In this document: piece by piece, positions 40,771-53,170 of the stretch | How the letters are laid out: each line of letters begins with the position of its first letter | Position numbering within the stretch: position 1 is the first letter of the stretch | Source: Octopus vulgaris | Taxonomy: Eukaryota | Reading direction: 5' to 3' | Assembly: GCA_951406725.2 (NCBI GenBank) | Contig: OX597832.1 | Coordinates: 27,032,001 to 27,096,000 of the forward strand | Length of the DNA: 64,000 nt | Notes under the pieces: model-generated | The model's database searches: none | Seen by the model: the letters and a program-made list of their open reading frames with translations, nothing else | Told to the model about the DNA's origin: nothing | Made by a program: the position numbers and the translations under genes

Positions 40771-41469
40771 AAGATACATACACACAGAGATACATATATA
40801 CACACAGAGATACATACATACATACGCATAGATACACACATATATACATACACACACAGACACATACATACATACACACAGATACACATACATACACACA
40901 CATACATACACACAGACACATATACACACACACAGATACATACACACACACGCATAGATACACATATATAGATACATACATACATACACAAATCAACTCC
41001 CAAATTAACCCTGATCCAGTTGTGACCATTCCATTTATCCAGCCATTCTATATCTAGGACTGTACTCTCTGATATATATCCTTTGTGTCTTAAGATGGTT
41101 GTGTGTGATTAGAGACAGACTTGGCTGATATTTCTAGCAAATCAAGAGACCACCAAGAGAGTACTTCTTAACTGTTTCATAAGGAGTGTTTGACTGGTTT
41201 ATAGTGCTGACATCGACAACACCAACACCTTTGGTTAAGGAGGCTGGTTGTTTCAACCATTCCTCTTCAGACTATCCATCAATGCCAAACACACACTTTA
41301 CACAAGTCATTGACTGTAGATGAGTCAAACGTTGTCACATTTCAAGTCATTGAGTACAAAAATGATGATGATGATGTCAGCAAGAAAGAGACAGACAATC
41401 AGAGAGAGAGAGAGTGTGTATATGAGTGCATGTATATGTGTACATGAGGTGACCAGGGTCTAGAAAGAA

Positions 41470-41765
41470 TCTGCCTTTGACCGACCAGGCCATTAGATGT
41501 TGCTACACATCGCTGGTCACAATGCGCTTTGCATTGTTTTAGCCTTCAAATGATGCCACCCCGCTGGCTAAGTGAGCAGGCCAACAGAAGAAAGAGTAAG
41601 AGAAAGTTGTGGCGAAAGAGTACAGCAGGGATCGCCCCCCCCCCCTGCTGGAGCCTTGTGGAGCTTTAGGTGTTTTCGCTCAATAAACACTCACTATGCC
41701 TGGTCTGGGAATCGAAACCGCGATCCTACAACCGCGAGTCTGCTGTCCTAACCACTGGGCCATTG
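41470..41765 (-). mobile_element. tRNA-headed SINE (further family)
   Basis: Minus head ATGGCCCAGTGGTTAGGACAGCAGACTCGCGG...GTTTCGATTCCC. Confidence 0.7.
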
Positions 41766-41775
41766 TGTGTATGTG

Positions 41776-41819
<44 letters not shown>

Positions 41820-43419
41820 TACATACATACATACAATCATACACACATATAGGGTCTGGTAATATAAAACAGAACTGAAAACATGAGTATATATAATTTG
41901 GCCTCTATGCTGGTGGCACGTACAAAGCACCATTCGATTGTGGCCGTTGCCAGCCTCGCCTGGCAGCTGTGCCGGTGGCACGTAAAAAGCACCCATTACA
42001 CTCACGGAGTGGTTGGCGTTAGGAAGGACATCCAGCCATAGAAACATTGCCAGATCAGACTGGAGCCTGGTGCAGCCTTCTGGCTTCCCAGACCCCAGTT
42101 GAACCGTCCAACCCATGCTAGCATGGAAAGCGGATGCTAAACGATTATGATGATGATGAATTGTCAGAAATGAATGACTTGTGTGCCAATGCACAACACT
42201 CTTGGTCCTTTAGTCAGCCTGTAACTTCTGACGAATATATATATATCATATGTATACACACACACATATTATATATTATATGTATACACACACACACAAA
42301 TATAAATATGTTCATCATTGTCGTTGTTGTTTAACGTCTGCCTTCCATGGGTGAAACAGTTTCACAAGAGCCTGCCAGGAAGAAGCCTGCACCAGACTTC
42401 TGTGACTGTTTTGGCAGGATTTTTACGGCTGCATGCCCTTCCTAACACCAACCACTCAGCAGAGTGGACTTAGTGCCTTTTTATGTGGCACAAGCACAGG
42501 CGAGGTCAGTTTTGGTAAGGTTTTTATAGCTGATGCTCTTCCAAATGCGAACCACTTTACAGTGTGGACTGGGTGCTTTTTAAGTGGCATCTGCACTGAC
42601 AGGGTCACCAAGTACTTGGCTGAGAAAAGAAAAAAAAAAACTGTCAAGAAGGGAGGTGGGGCATTGGAGGAGGTGATCTTGTGTTGGATGATGAAAGGTT
42701 ATAGGGAGACAGAGAGACCGAAACAGGTGTCTTGCTGTAGAGGAAGTGCAAGGTTACCCAGCCGGAGAGAGAGAGAGAGATCAAGAATGAAGACAGAAAC
42801 AGGTGTGCTACCACAAAGGAAATACATGGTTACCCAATTTAAGGGAAGTGCAGGAGAAGGAGAGAGAGAGAGAGTGGGAAACAGCAGGATAGAAATGATG
42901 GCCAAGTGCTGGGTATACTCACAAGGGATGGGGATCAGAATATAAATGGGATGGTTGAGTAAAGGAAGAGAGAGATATAGATGACATATACATACAAGGT
43001 GTAGGAGTGGCTGTGTGGTAAGTAGCTTTCTTACCAACCACATGTTTCAGGGTTCAGTCCCACTGTGTGGCACCTTGGGCAAGTGTCTTCTACTATAGCC
43101 TCGGGCCTACCAAAGCCTTGTGAGTGGATTTGGTAGATGGAAACTGAAAGAAGCCTGTCATATATATGTATATATGTATGTGTGTGTTTGTGTGTCTGTG
43201 TTTGTCTCCAACATCGCTTGACAACCGATGCTGGTGTGTTTACGTCCCTGTAACTTAGCAGTTCGGCAAAAGAGACCGATAGAATAAGTACTAGGCTTAC
43301 AAAGAATAAGTCCCAGGGTTGATTTGCTCGACTAAAGGCGGTGCTGCAGCATGGCCACAGTCAAATGACTAAAACAAATAAAAGAGTAAAATAGAGTATA
43401 CACACATACACACACACAA

Positions 43420-45578
43420 GCATACCTCTAAAAGTCTCCCCTTCTCCAACATTGTTTCCTCATAAATTTCAGAAAAATAGATATTTTTCAAAGAAATTTA
43501 AAAAAAAATATCTTTTAGGTGTCATAGATTATGGTTATATCAGAAGTCAATGTACGAAAAAGGAAAAAAAAAAAAAGAAAAAACGGTGGGTGCCCACACA
43601 TGTTATACTGACATAATGTTTTCAAAATTTAAAGCTTTATTTTGTAGAAATATTTTATGTGATGAGTCCTTCAGTAGATTTGCGTGGGCAACGAAACATT
43701 TTCTTTTACCCACTTAATTCTGATAGAATGGTAATCTAAGCCATCTGAAAGGTATTTATAGAAAATTTCATTAAAAAAAAAAAAATCCATTTTTCCGCAA
43801 GTTATGAGGAAACAAAGACGAGAGGAGAGACGTATTTCTACAAGTATGCATATGTGTATATATATGGGTTTGTATGTGTGTGTGTATATACATATACATA
43901 CGTACGTTCGTACATACGTACGTACGTATGTGCGTTTGAATGTACTTGCTATGATGCCCTTAGAATATGCAAACAAAGGGTACTACTAGCGAACAGTGGT
44001 CCCGGTGCGCGCTCACGCGCTAGCTAGTCGTGACTAGTCGATCCTACAACGACTACGTAGCAAAGTAAATAAAACACAAAATTAATAATTTTTTACACAA
44101 AGTAAATAATTAATTTTTGTTAAACAAAGTAAAACACAAAACCACAAAGTAAATAACATAAAAACACAAAGTAAGGATCAACTAGTCATGACTATCTAGC
44201 ACGGATGCGCGACTACGCGAATGCTCGCACCGGGACCACTGTTCGCTAGTAGGACCCAAACAAAGAGGGGTACCAAATTATTGATCTACAAAATCCACCG
44301 GGAGCCGAGGAATCACGTACTTTCACCGTAGTGATGCTCTAACGGTACTAAGAATGCGTCACACCCCATCCATATTCGCCCTTCACTTACGAAGTATGAA
44401 TAATGGAACCACAGGCAAAACTGATCAGCGAATCATTAAACATTGGCAACGTGAAGAAACGACAGTAAATACCATTATCAAAGACAATGCAACTGGTGGT
44501 AAATCACTTCAAAAGAAGAATTCACCGATTCCATGTGCAGCTACAGAACTTTTGGGTAACACGATGAAAGTTGGACTACAAAACTGTAAAATATATTCGG
44601 CAACACTACAAAAGTGTGATCCACCGACTTTGTTCCCTCAAATTTTCATAAAACTGGATTTCTAAATGAAAGTTTCTACAAACACACTTAAGATGGTGTA
44701 GATTCCGATGATATGGAAATTTGTTGCGAAAAGGAGAGGGATTTTGGAAAATTCAGTCGGGTCAGCTTTGTTTCTTCACATCTTTTAGAAATATGGGTAT
44801 AAAAAAATATCTTTGTAGTAAAGGTCTGTGTAGATTACGTTTATATTGGAATTCAAAGTGAAAATAAAATCGCGGGAACGCACACACATCACCTGTATAT
44901 CTACAAAATAAAACTTGGAAATTTTAGAAAAAAATTGTGAAGAGGATCTGTATATATCATATATCTGTGCATACCGACCAATTTTCTTTCTTTCATAGTA
45001 AATTCCCATATAATTGTAATCTACACATTTTGAAAGATATTTGTCGAACATTTCATTGGAAAAACTACCCATTTTTCTGAAGTTATGAGGAAACAAAGTT
45101 GATTCGTCTGAATTTTCCGAACCCTTTTCCCCAAATTCTAATGTGATCGGAATCTACACCACCTGAAGCATATTTATTGGAAATTTCATTAAAAAATATC
45201 CATCTTTCTGAAAATCGTGAGGAAAACAAAATAGGGATGGCATTCTTGTGTAGATATGCTTAGACCTACACAAGTGTGTCCCATTCGACTTTGTTTCTTC
45301 ATAAATTCCAGAAAAATCTTCAACAAATAAGCTTCAGATGGTGTAGATTACCATTATAACAGAATTTCTAGTGAAAAGCTTTTATCCTTTGGTGAGGAGA
45401 GGAGCTTCAAGAAATTCCACACGATTTGTCTTTGTTGTGAAAAGGTTTTCATAACAAATTCCGGTATTATCGGAATCTATACCGCTCGAAACCTATTTGA
45501 AGACAATTTCATTAAAAAGATACCTATTTTCTGGAAGTTATGAGGAAACAAAGTCGAAGGGGGCTTTAGTGTAGATAT
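43420..45578. mobile_element. Cluster of related foldback MITEs (~43420-43848, ~44605-45258, ~45262-45578)
   Basis: TTGTTTCCTCATAA..TTC(C)AGAAAAAT..GGTGTAGATT recurs about 7 times in both orientations. Confidence 0.65.
43979..44256. mobile_element. MITE with GG...CC termini and 9-bp TSD (Merlin- or Mutator-like)
   Basis: ~31-bp TIRs GGTACTACTAGCGAACAGTGGTCCCGGTGCG (1 mismatch); subterminal inverted CTAGTCGTGACTAG blocks; TSD CAAACAAAG at 43970-43978 and 44257-44265. Confidence 0.85.
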
Positions 45579-45602
45579 CTCTATCTCCTTACATATATAC
45601 AT

Positions 45603-45674
<72 letters not shown>

Positions 45675-45923
45675 ATACATACATACACATACATACATAC
45701 ATATATACACACACACTCACTTATGGTAGTACGTTTGATTTTATGAACAGAAACAAGAGAACTCAATAAATAAAAGCGAAGTGTGTGTGTGTGTGTGTAC
45801 ATATACACCCATATATTTGTATATGTGTGTATATATAAACACACATACATATATGTATATCGTCAATGTATCATATACCCGGAAAAGAATCGCGCCGGAA
45901 AGTATAAAGCAGTAAAGTATTAA

Positions 45924-46260
45924 AGTTAAGAAAGTTAATATCTGGTCATAGAGTGACCGATGGTTTCGTGGACGAATCATCGGACAAATTCAACTCCTTT
46001 ACCTCTGGCAGGTAGAAATCTGTTATGGTCATTGGGTCATTTAGTTACCAAAGAATCAACAATCACTAACACCACCGGACTATTTATTCTTTCTTTGATG
46101 ACCAAATGACCAATGACTGTAACAGATTCCTTCCTCCCAGGGGTCAAGACTTGAATTTGCCTTGGGACTAGAGTTTGATGAGTTGTTCTCCGCGAAGCTA
46201 CAGCCTTCAGGGATGCAGAAACCATTGGTCACTCTATGGCCAGGCATTAACTTTATTACT
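45924..46260. mobile_element. Degenerate palindromic MITE with AG...CT ends and TTAA flanks (Kolobok-like)
   Basis: TGGTCATAGAGTGACCGATGGTTTC vs GAAACCATTGGTCACTCTATGGCCA; inner inverted arms; TTAA at 45920-45923 and 46261-46264. Confidence 0.65.
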
Positions 46261-46439
46261 TTAATGTGTGTGTGTGTAAGTTTCGTGTCGAATCATGGAA
46301 AGAATTCGAAAGGTTTCCAAAAGACCTACACGTGCATATGATACATAAGAACATTTGGTCATATGCATGTGATTGTCTCACCGATTCTTTCCGTATCTGA
46401 GGAGATAGTCTTTTGTTTTTATTGTACATCGTGTCCATT

Positions 46440-46477
<38 letters not shown>

Positions 46478-46478
<1 letters not shown>

Positions 46479-46721
46479 TACAAAATTAGAAAATGGAGAA
46501 TATATTAGAAGGTTTGGAGATGATGTATAGGGATTTTATATTAGAAGAAATGAGGTAATATATATATATATCATATGGTGGTGCACCTGAGCACCGTATA
46601 CAATAATTTCATTATTATTATTTTATATATGTTATATGATGTATAAAAACATGTAATATACAAATAAATATCTGTAAATATAGAACCATCCGAATTTCTG
46701 AGTACCTCATTTCTTCTAATA
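46478..46721 (-). mobile_element. Probable PLE remnant: 19-bp inverted repeat + ~60-nt tail in (TA)n
   Basis: TATTAGAAGAAATGAGGTA (46539-46557) is inverted at 46703-46721. Confidence 0.4.
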
Positions 46722-46732
46722 CATCCATACAT

Positions 46733-46780
<48 letters not shown>

Positions 46781-47268
46781 TATGTATGTATGTATGTATG
46801 TATGTATGTATGTATGTATGTATGTATGTATGTATGTATGTATGTATACGTTATATACACTCGCGCGCGCACATACACACATGTGCATATTACATGTAGT
46901 GACATACATAGAGTAAAGAATATGACAGTTGGAAATTAGTTTTGAAAGAGGCGCAAACACCTTTTAGGTCTTTGAGTGGAAGAGAGGGAGAGAGAGAGAA
47001 AGAGACAAAGAAAGTCAAAGAGAAAGACAAAGAGAGAGAGAGAGTCAGGGAAGGGGAGGGGAAGGGAGATCAAAAAGAAGCAAAAAAAAAAAAATTCGGT
47101 TAGAAGTTTCTTCAAAGGACATTCATCAAAAACCACTCTCGTCTTGCTGGAAATAGCAGTCAAATCACAAGTGGAAATCAACACTATTGTCATAATACAG
47201 GAAGGACACATTGAACGATGTAGTCCTTGGTATATATACATATAGTATTCATCCTAAATTTACAGTAT

Positions 47269-47299
<31 letters not shown>

Positions 47300-47578
47300 C
47301 ACATATATATATATACAATCCACACAACACATATATATAAACATATTTATATATATACACATATATATACACACATATATATATATATATATACACACAT
47401 ATATATATATACATATATACACACATATATATATATATATACACACATATATATATATATATATACACACATATATATATATACACATATATATATATAC
47501 ACACACATATATATATACACACATATATATATATATACACACAAATATATATATATACATATATATATATACACACAC

Positions 47579-47625
<47 letters not shown>

Positions 47626-48279
47626 TATATATATACATACATACATACATACATAAGAAAATGCGGGATGGTCATGGCTTGGGAGAGGTTGATCATAGGT
47701 CAGATCGATCAAACTGAAACATACCTGGGGTTAAACAATAACAACAACATCATTAATTAATTAAATATTCAACTCAATTACAACCAGAAAAAAGTTTCAA
47801 AGTTTCACTCATCAGAACGGATCATCAACATACATTGCACAATATATACACACACACACATCTATATATATATAGATATATATATATATGTGTATAGTTT
47901 CTACGTACCAAGTTTAAAGTCGGAGGTGATAGTAAAATATCCTGTGTGTAAGAATAGAAGACGACAGAAGCTCCATAACCAAACTTTTTTATCGAAGGGA
48001 AGAGAAACTCTGGCGAAACTGAAATTCACACGCACACGCACACACACACACACATACATACATCTATGTGTATGGACACATACATACGTATACACACATA
48101 TACACGTACACTTTGATAAACGCGAACACACACACACACACACGTAACAATACACACGCATACACACACACACACAAATACGGTTTATTATGTAGGCGAC
48201 GGCGGAGACGATAATGATTGGAGGATTATGTATGGTAGAACAAAAGTGACGAAGAGCTTTTTCGCCGAGACTTTTTTTT

Positions 48280-48482
48280 TGGTTTTTGGATTTGGTTTGC
48301 AAGATTCTTTATATGAGTTCGTGTGTTGAAGCATATTCTGTTGTGTCTGGGGAGTGTCATTTTCTTTTTTTTTTTTTTTTTGCCTTATAATCTAACACAC
48401 TCACCGGTAAAATTTACTCTTTTCTTTTCTTATTTTTATTTTTCTAAAATTTTCGTTGCGTCTTGCAACCTTTTCAATAGTT
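48280..48482 (-). mobile_element. Penelope-like family B copy 2
   Basis: Near-identical to the other family B copies; includes the complete hammerhead-like motif. Confidence 0.75.
48444..48480 (-). ncRNA. Minimal hammerhead ribozyme motif, U3-A8 core variant
   Basis: CTA-TTGAAAA-G-GTTGC-AAGAC-GCAAC-GAAA-AT-TT-TAG; second copy at 60462-60498 (-) whose substitutions leave G-U wobbles. Confidence 0.62.
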
Positions 48483-48933
48483 TTGGCTTCTTTTCTTCCC
48501 TTCTTGAAGTACCACTTGCTTACTCTGCATTTTCTAAATTGTCATGTCATTGGTTTACAGATTTCTAGTAGAATAATCACTTGTTCACTGTATTTGCGCA
48601 CTGGGGTCGATATAATCGACTTAATCCGTTTATCTGTCCTTGTTTGTCCTCTCTCTCTTTAGCCCATTGTGGGCAGTAAAGAATTAAGATAATTGAGACA
48701 ACTGATTAACTGTGCTATACGGACGGAACAAATAGCACAAGGGAATTCACTCAACGTTTGTATTTTTCATCGACAGAGGATGCTCGTCCACACACACACA
48801 CACATTTAGTTCTATTGTATTAGAATTTTTTCATATTTTTATTTATTTATTTGTTAATTTAAAAACTTAATCGATAATTATATAATTATATTATATACAA
48901 ATATTTTAGTTTGTGGAAGAGAGTCACGGTATA

Positions 48934-49098
48934 TTTCGTTTTTGGATTTGGTTTGCAAGATTCTTTATATGAGTTCGTGTGTTGAAGCATATTCTGTTGT
49001 AGGAAAATAAAAATAAGAAAAAAGTGGAAATTTTACCGGTGAGTGTGTTACATTATAAGGGCACAAAAAGAAAATGACTCTCCCCAGACACAACAGAA
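48934..49098 (-). mobile_element. Penelope-like family B copy 3 with internal inversion
   Basis: Exact 11-bp TSD GTCACGGTATA at 48923-48933 and 49099-49109; inverted segment ends at ...GACACAACAGAA. Confidence 0.8.
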
Positions 49099-50399
49099 GT
49101 CACGGTATAGCTAACAATATATAGTCAATCGCTTTAGAATATTCGAAAATGAAGTATTACGAAGACTCCAGGAGAACAAATGAGAGAATTGGTGAGCAAT
49201 GATATGGTTCAAGACCGAAAAGAATTTACCATAATCCCATTGCATGGCATCTTCATTAAGTGCCTTCTATTATAGCTTCGGATCGACCAAACATCGTGAG
49301 TGGATTTGGTAGATGGAAACTGAAAGAAGCCCGTCGTATATGTGTGTGTCTTTGTATACGTGTTTGTCCCCCACTACCGATTGACAACCGGTGTAGGTGT
49401 GTTTTCCTCCTAGTAACTTAGCAGGTCGACAAAAGACACCGATAGAATAAGTACCAGGCGTAAAAAAGTAAGCCCCGGGGTCGATTCATTCGATTAAAAG
49501 TTCTTCCGGACGTTGCCCCAGCATGGTCGCTGTCTAATGAGTGAAACAAGCAAAAGGTAAAAGATAACTTGATGATGGTGACAAGTGGACCACGTGCTTC
49601 GGTTGTTGCTGGAAGATCAGTGAAGTGGTCAAGTTATAGTATGGACGGCCCGAGGTAGCAGAGGGACGTGACCTCGGACTGCTTCTGTATTGTCCTTGCG
49701 ACTATATAGAAAGTGGTCATCAAGGCCCGGCGAGGGCTGAAATAAAGGAACAGGATTTTCAAAGGTGGCTGAGCATATGTGGAGGCTCTTTCTGCTCATA
49801 GTTTTGGAGTATATTTATAAATGTTCTCCCCGTCCTTCTTTGAAATGTTCTCGAAAGAAGGGGCCGGTTTCTAACAAAGATATAAAATTCCATAGTTGGA
49901 ATGTTGATAACAAAAACAAATTCACATTTTAGACTTGAGAAAAGTCTTGAATATTTTAACTGTTCCGCTTACAGATTGTGCAAATCAACAGGTTGATTTT
50001 TTTTTTCTTGGAAACACTAGCTTATCCAGATTCTCACTTAAGTATCTATATAAAAAACCAAATACACGAATTATTATTTATATAAACGTGAATTTATAAC
50101 TTGGATATAGAAGTCAAAGGTTTGGAAACAGTTGTCCGTAGTTGTCCTCTTTCTCCTTGATTTCCGAAATGACACCGCATCAGCAGGCAAGCTAACCTCT
50201 ATACCTTTGCTTGCCTGTCCTGAACAATAATATCCCGTCTGTTATGGCTGATGCTGAAGGCTTTTAGAATAACTTTGAGGCGACTTTTCTGGCCTCCTGG
50301 AAGTATTTGTCGTGTTGGATGAAGTTCGTCACAAAATAGTTTCTTTATATTATAATGCGAATAATATTGTTACAGTGTCGGCCTACCATAGAATTCTTG

Positions 50400-50480
50400 T
50401 CTTTTTTTGTCGGTTATTTTTCACTCTCTCGGTTCAGCAACCGGAAGTGACGACAGAAGGCTCCCCTCTTGCAATGGCGA
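50400..50480 (+). promoter_or_regulatory. Putative TATA-less housekeeping promoter of PSMG3
   Basis: ETS/GABP-type CCGGAAGTG at 50441-50449, about 25 nt before the ATG; YY1-like AATGGCG overlaps the start codon; CpG-rich context. Confidence 0.6.
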
Positions 50481-50536
50481 CTCCCACAGCATTTGGCGCC
50501 GGTCCCACAGAAACTTTCCCAGTTCTCTCCAAACAG
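50474..50536 (+). CDS. PSMG3: Proteasome assembly chaperone 3, coding exon 1 (MATPTAFGAGPTETFPVLSKQ)
   Basis: gcaATGGCG start, 63 nt, ends CAG|GTACGT in phase 0; FPVLSKQ matches the recalled PAC3 N-terminus (human PLVISKQ). Confidence 0.88.
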
Positions 50537-51343
50537 GTACGTCTCTGCTCTTTGTTATTTCCACCAGATGTTCCTCTCCACCGCAGCTTCTTTCTCCATA
50601 ACTTTCATCTTCTCCCTGTCTCTATTCCATCTTCATATTTAACATAAGTGGAGCAACCGTATCGAACACCGCGTGTTTATAAACAGCGTAATACTCCGTA
50701 CCACGGGTGCAAGCTCTTTAAATTTGAACGGATGAGGCTAGTCGGTTACATCGAACCCCTCCCCCAGTGCTCAAGGAGGAAGAGCAAAGTCAACCTCTGC
50801 GGAATTTGAACTCGGAATGCAAAAACGGACGAACTACCGTCACATGAATTATCTTTGAATTATCTGTACGTATCATGGAAAAGAAACAAACTGTCCAGCT
50901 ATTATACAACGAAGAACGGTCTCCACTTCGTATATGCCAACGATATAGCATTATTTACAAACACAACAGAAGGAACAGTTAAAGTATATTGGCACTGGCC
51001 AGCTATATGGTTCCGGGTGCAGTCCTGCGTCCAACAACCCCGGGTCGATAAATGCCTTGTCAGCAGACGGAAGCTGAAACAAGCCCGTCGTATATGAATA
51101 TGTGTGCGTGTTTGTTTGTTTTTTTTTAAAGCTGGTGTTGGTTTGTTTACGTCCCCGTAACTTAGCAGTTCGGCTAAAGATATAGATAGAATAAGTACTC
51201 GGATCAATTTGTTCGACTAAACTAGAGGTTCTCAAACGCGGAGGGTACTGCCCCTAAGGAGGCATTGGGCATATCGAAGAGAGCATTAAAGTTTAGGCCG
51301 TTTCGGTGAGGTAACATAGCATATTAAATTTGACCTTTAGTAG

Positions 51344-51509
51344 TACCGTATCTTAACGTGTATAAAGAATCCCCTAATTTTGGGGACTTAAAATTTGGAA
51401 AAAAGGTTTTTTAAGGGATTATAATACTATCCGTGTATAAGAAACTGCCATATTTTTTAATCCTAATTTGTGACAAAAAAGGGTTCCTTATGCACGTTAA
51501 AATACGGGA
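51344..51509. mobile_element. Tc1/mariner (pogo-like) MITE
   Basis: TA|CCGTATCTTAACGTGTATAA ... TTATGCACGTTAAAATACGG. Confidence 0.55.
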
Positions 51510-52042
51510 ATTATGATAAAAGTAATAATGGTTATTGAAATAAAATGAGACACAAGAAGTTTGCTGCTGTTTCTGCAAAATTTCAGGCCTTGTGAGGATT
51601 ATTATTATTGATATTATTTTTATTATTTAAGGCGGCGAGCTGGCAGAATCGTTACAATGCTGGGCAAAATGCTTAGTGGTATTTCGTCCACCTTTATGTT
51701 CTGGGTTCAAATTCCACCCCAGTCAACTTTACCTTTCGGTTGATATCGTCGACTTCCCCTCCCCCGAAATTGCTGGCCTTGTGCCAACATTTGAAACCAA
51801 TATTATTATTATTATTATTAAGGTGTTAAGCTAGCAGAATCGTTTGTAGCATTTCATCTGTTTTTACTTTCTGAGTTCAAATTCCACTGAGGTCTACTTT
51901 GCCTCTCACCCTTTCGGGGTCGATAAAATAAGTACCAGTTACGCACTGGGATCAATGCAATCGACTAACCCTGTCCCCCCCAAAAAAATTTCTGGCCTTG
52001 TGCCTATAACAGAAAGGATTATTTTTATTGAAGGGAGGAACA

Positions 52043-52408
52043 TCAGAAAGGTCAAACACACAGTAAAACAGCAAAGAAGAAACAGGTGAGGTGTGTGCAT
52101 GAGGTAAAATAGTGAAGTCGACAAAAAAGAAAAAAAATACACGTTAAGGGAAAATACGGATAATATAAAACAAATAGCTAACAACAATAATGGAGCCCCT
52201 TCCAAAAAAAGAGGGAAAGGTTCAACCACATTGGCTGATTTAGGGTACTCTACAGTGGCTGTGTGGTAAGTAGCTTGCTTACCAACCACATGCTTCCGGG
52301 TTCAGTCCCACTGCATGGCACCTTGGGCAAGTGTCTTCTACTATAGCCTCGGGCCGACCAAAGCCTTGTGGGTGGATTTGGTAGACGGAAACTGAAAGAA
52401 GCCCATCG

Positions 52409-52441
<33 letters not shown>

Positions 52442-53170
52442 CTGTGTTTGTCCTGCCAACATCGCTTGACAACCGATGCTGGTGTGTTTACGTCTCCGTC
52501 ACTTAGCGGTTCAGCAAAAGAGACCGATAGAATAAGTACTGGGCTTACAAAGAATAAGTCCTGGGATCGATTTGTTCGACTAAAGGTGGTGCTCCAGCAT
52601 GGCCACAGTCAAATGACTGAAACAAGTAAAAGAGTAAAGAGTAAGTTTGGATTACTTTGACATATTGTGTCCTCTGTCGGGGTTTTGCTACGACCCTACA
52701 ACCCCACAGGATAGACCCATTTAACTAAACCAAGTTAAACAATGATTATATAGAACAATAGACAGGGGATCCATTGTTGTTGTTAGCTATTGTCCCATAT
52801 TCTTTTCTACTCTAGTCACAAGGCCTGAAATTTTTGGGGGAGTGGTGGGGTTGCAGTCGATTAGATCGACCCTAGTATGTAACTGGTACTTAATTTATCG
52901 ACCCGGAAAGGATGAAAGCCGAAGTCGACCTCGGCAGAATTTGAACTCAGAACGTAAACACAGACGAAATACTGCTAAGCATTTGGTCCGGCATGCTAAC
53001 GTTTCTGCCAGCTCACTGCCTTGTTCTATTGTTCTATAGTACCATTGTTATTTGTCATTCATGAACATGCATTTATTGTAGTCTTCACTCTTTTGCATCA
53101 CATAATCCCCACCTCCATCACCACCACTGTTTCTTCTTTGCTGTTTTGTTTTGTATTTCGTTTTTCTGAA
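52043..53170. mobile_element. Old foldback element fragmented by SINEs
   Basis: AAAACAGCAAAGAAGAAACAG (~52065) is inverted at ~53127-53147; ATAGCTAACAACAATAATGGA (~52175) is inverted at ~52769-52789. Confidence 0.5.

Noticed and set aside
49644-49696. CCGAGGT/ACCTCGG stem with a possible AGCAG/CTGCT pseudoknot
   Set aside because: Loop geometry implausible and no match to HDV-like or twister consensus
50312-50647. 111-aa ORF-track entry
   Set aside because: Only 50474-50536 is PSMG3 exon 1; the rest is promoter and intron read-through
50910-50975. LHFVYANDIALF, resembling the RT YADD motif
   Set aside because: Too short and degenerate; at most a LINE crumb
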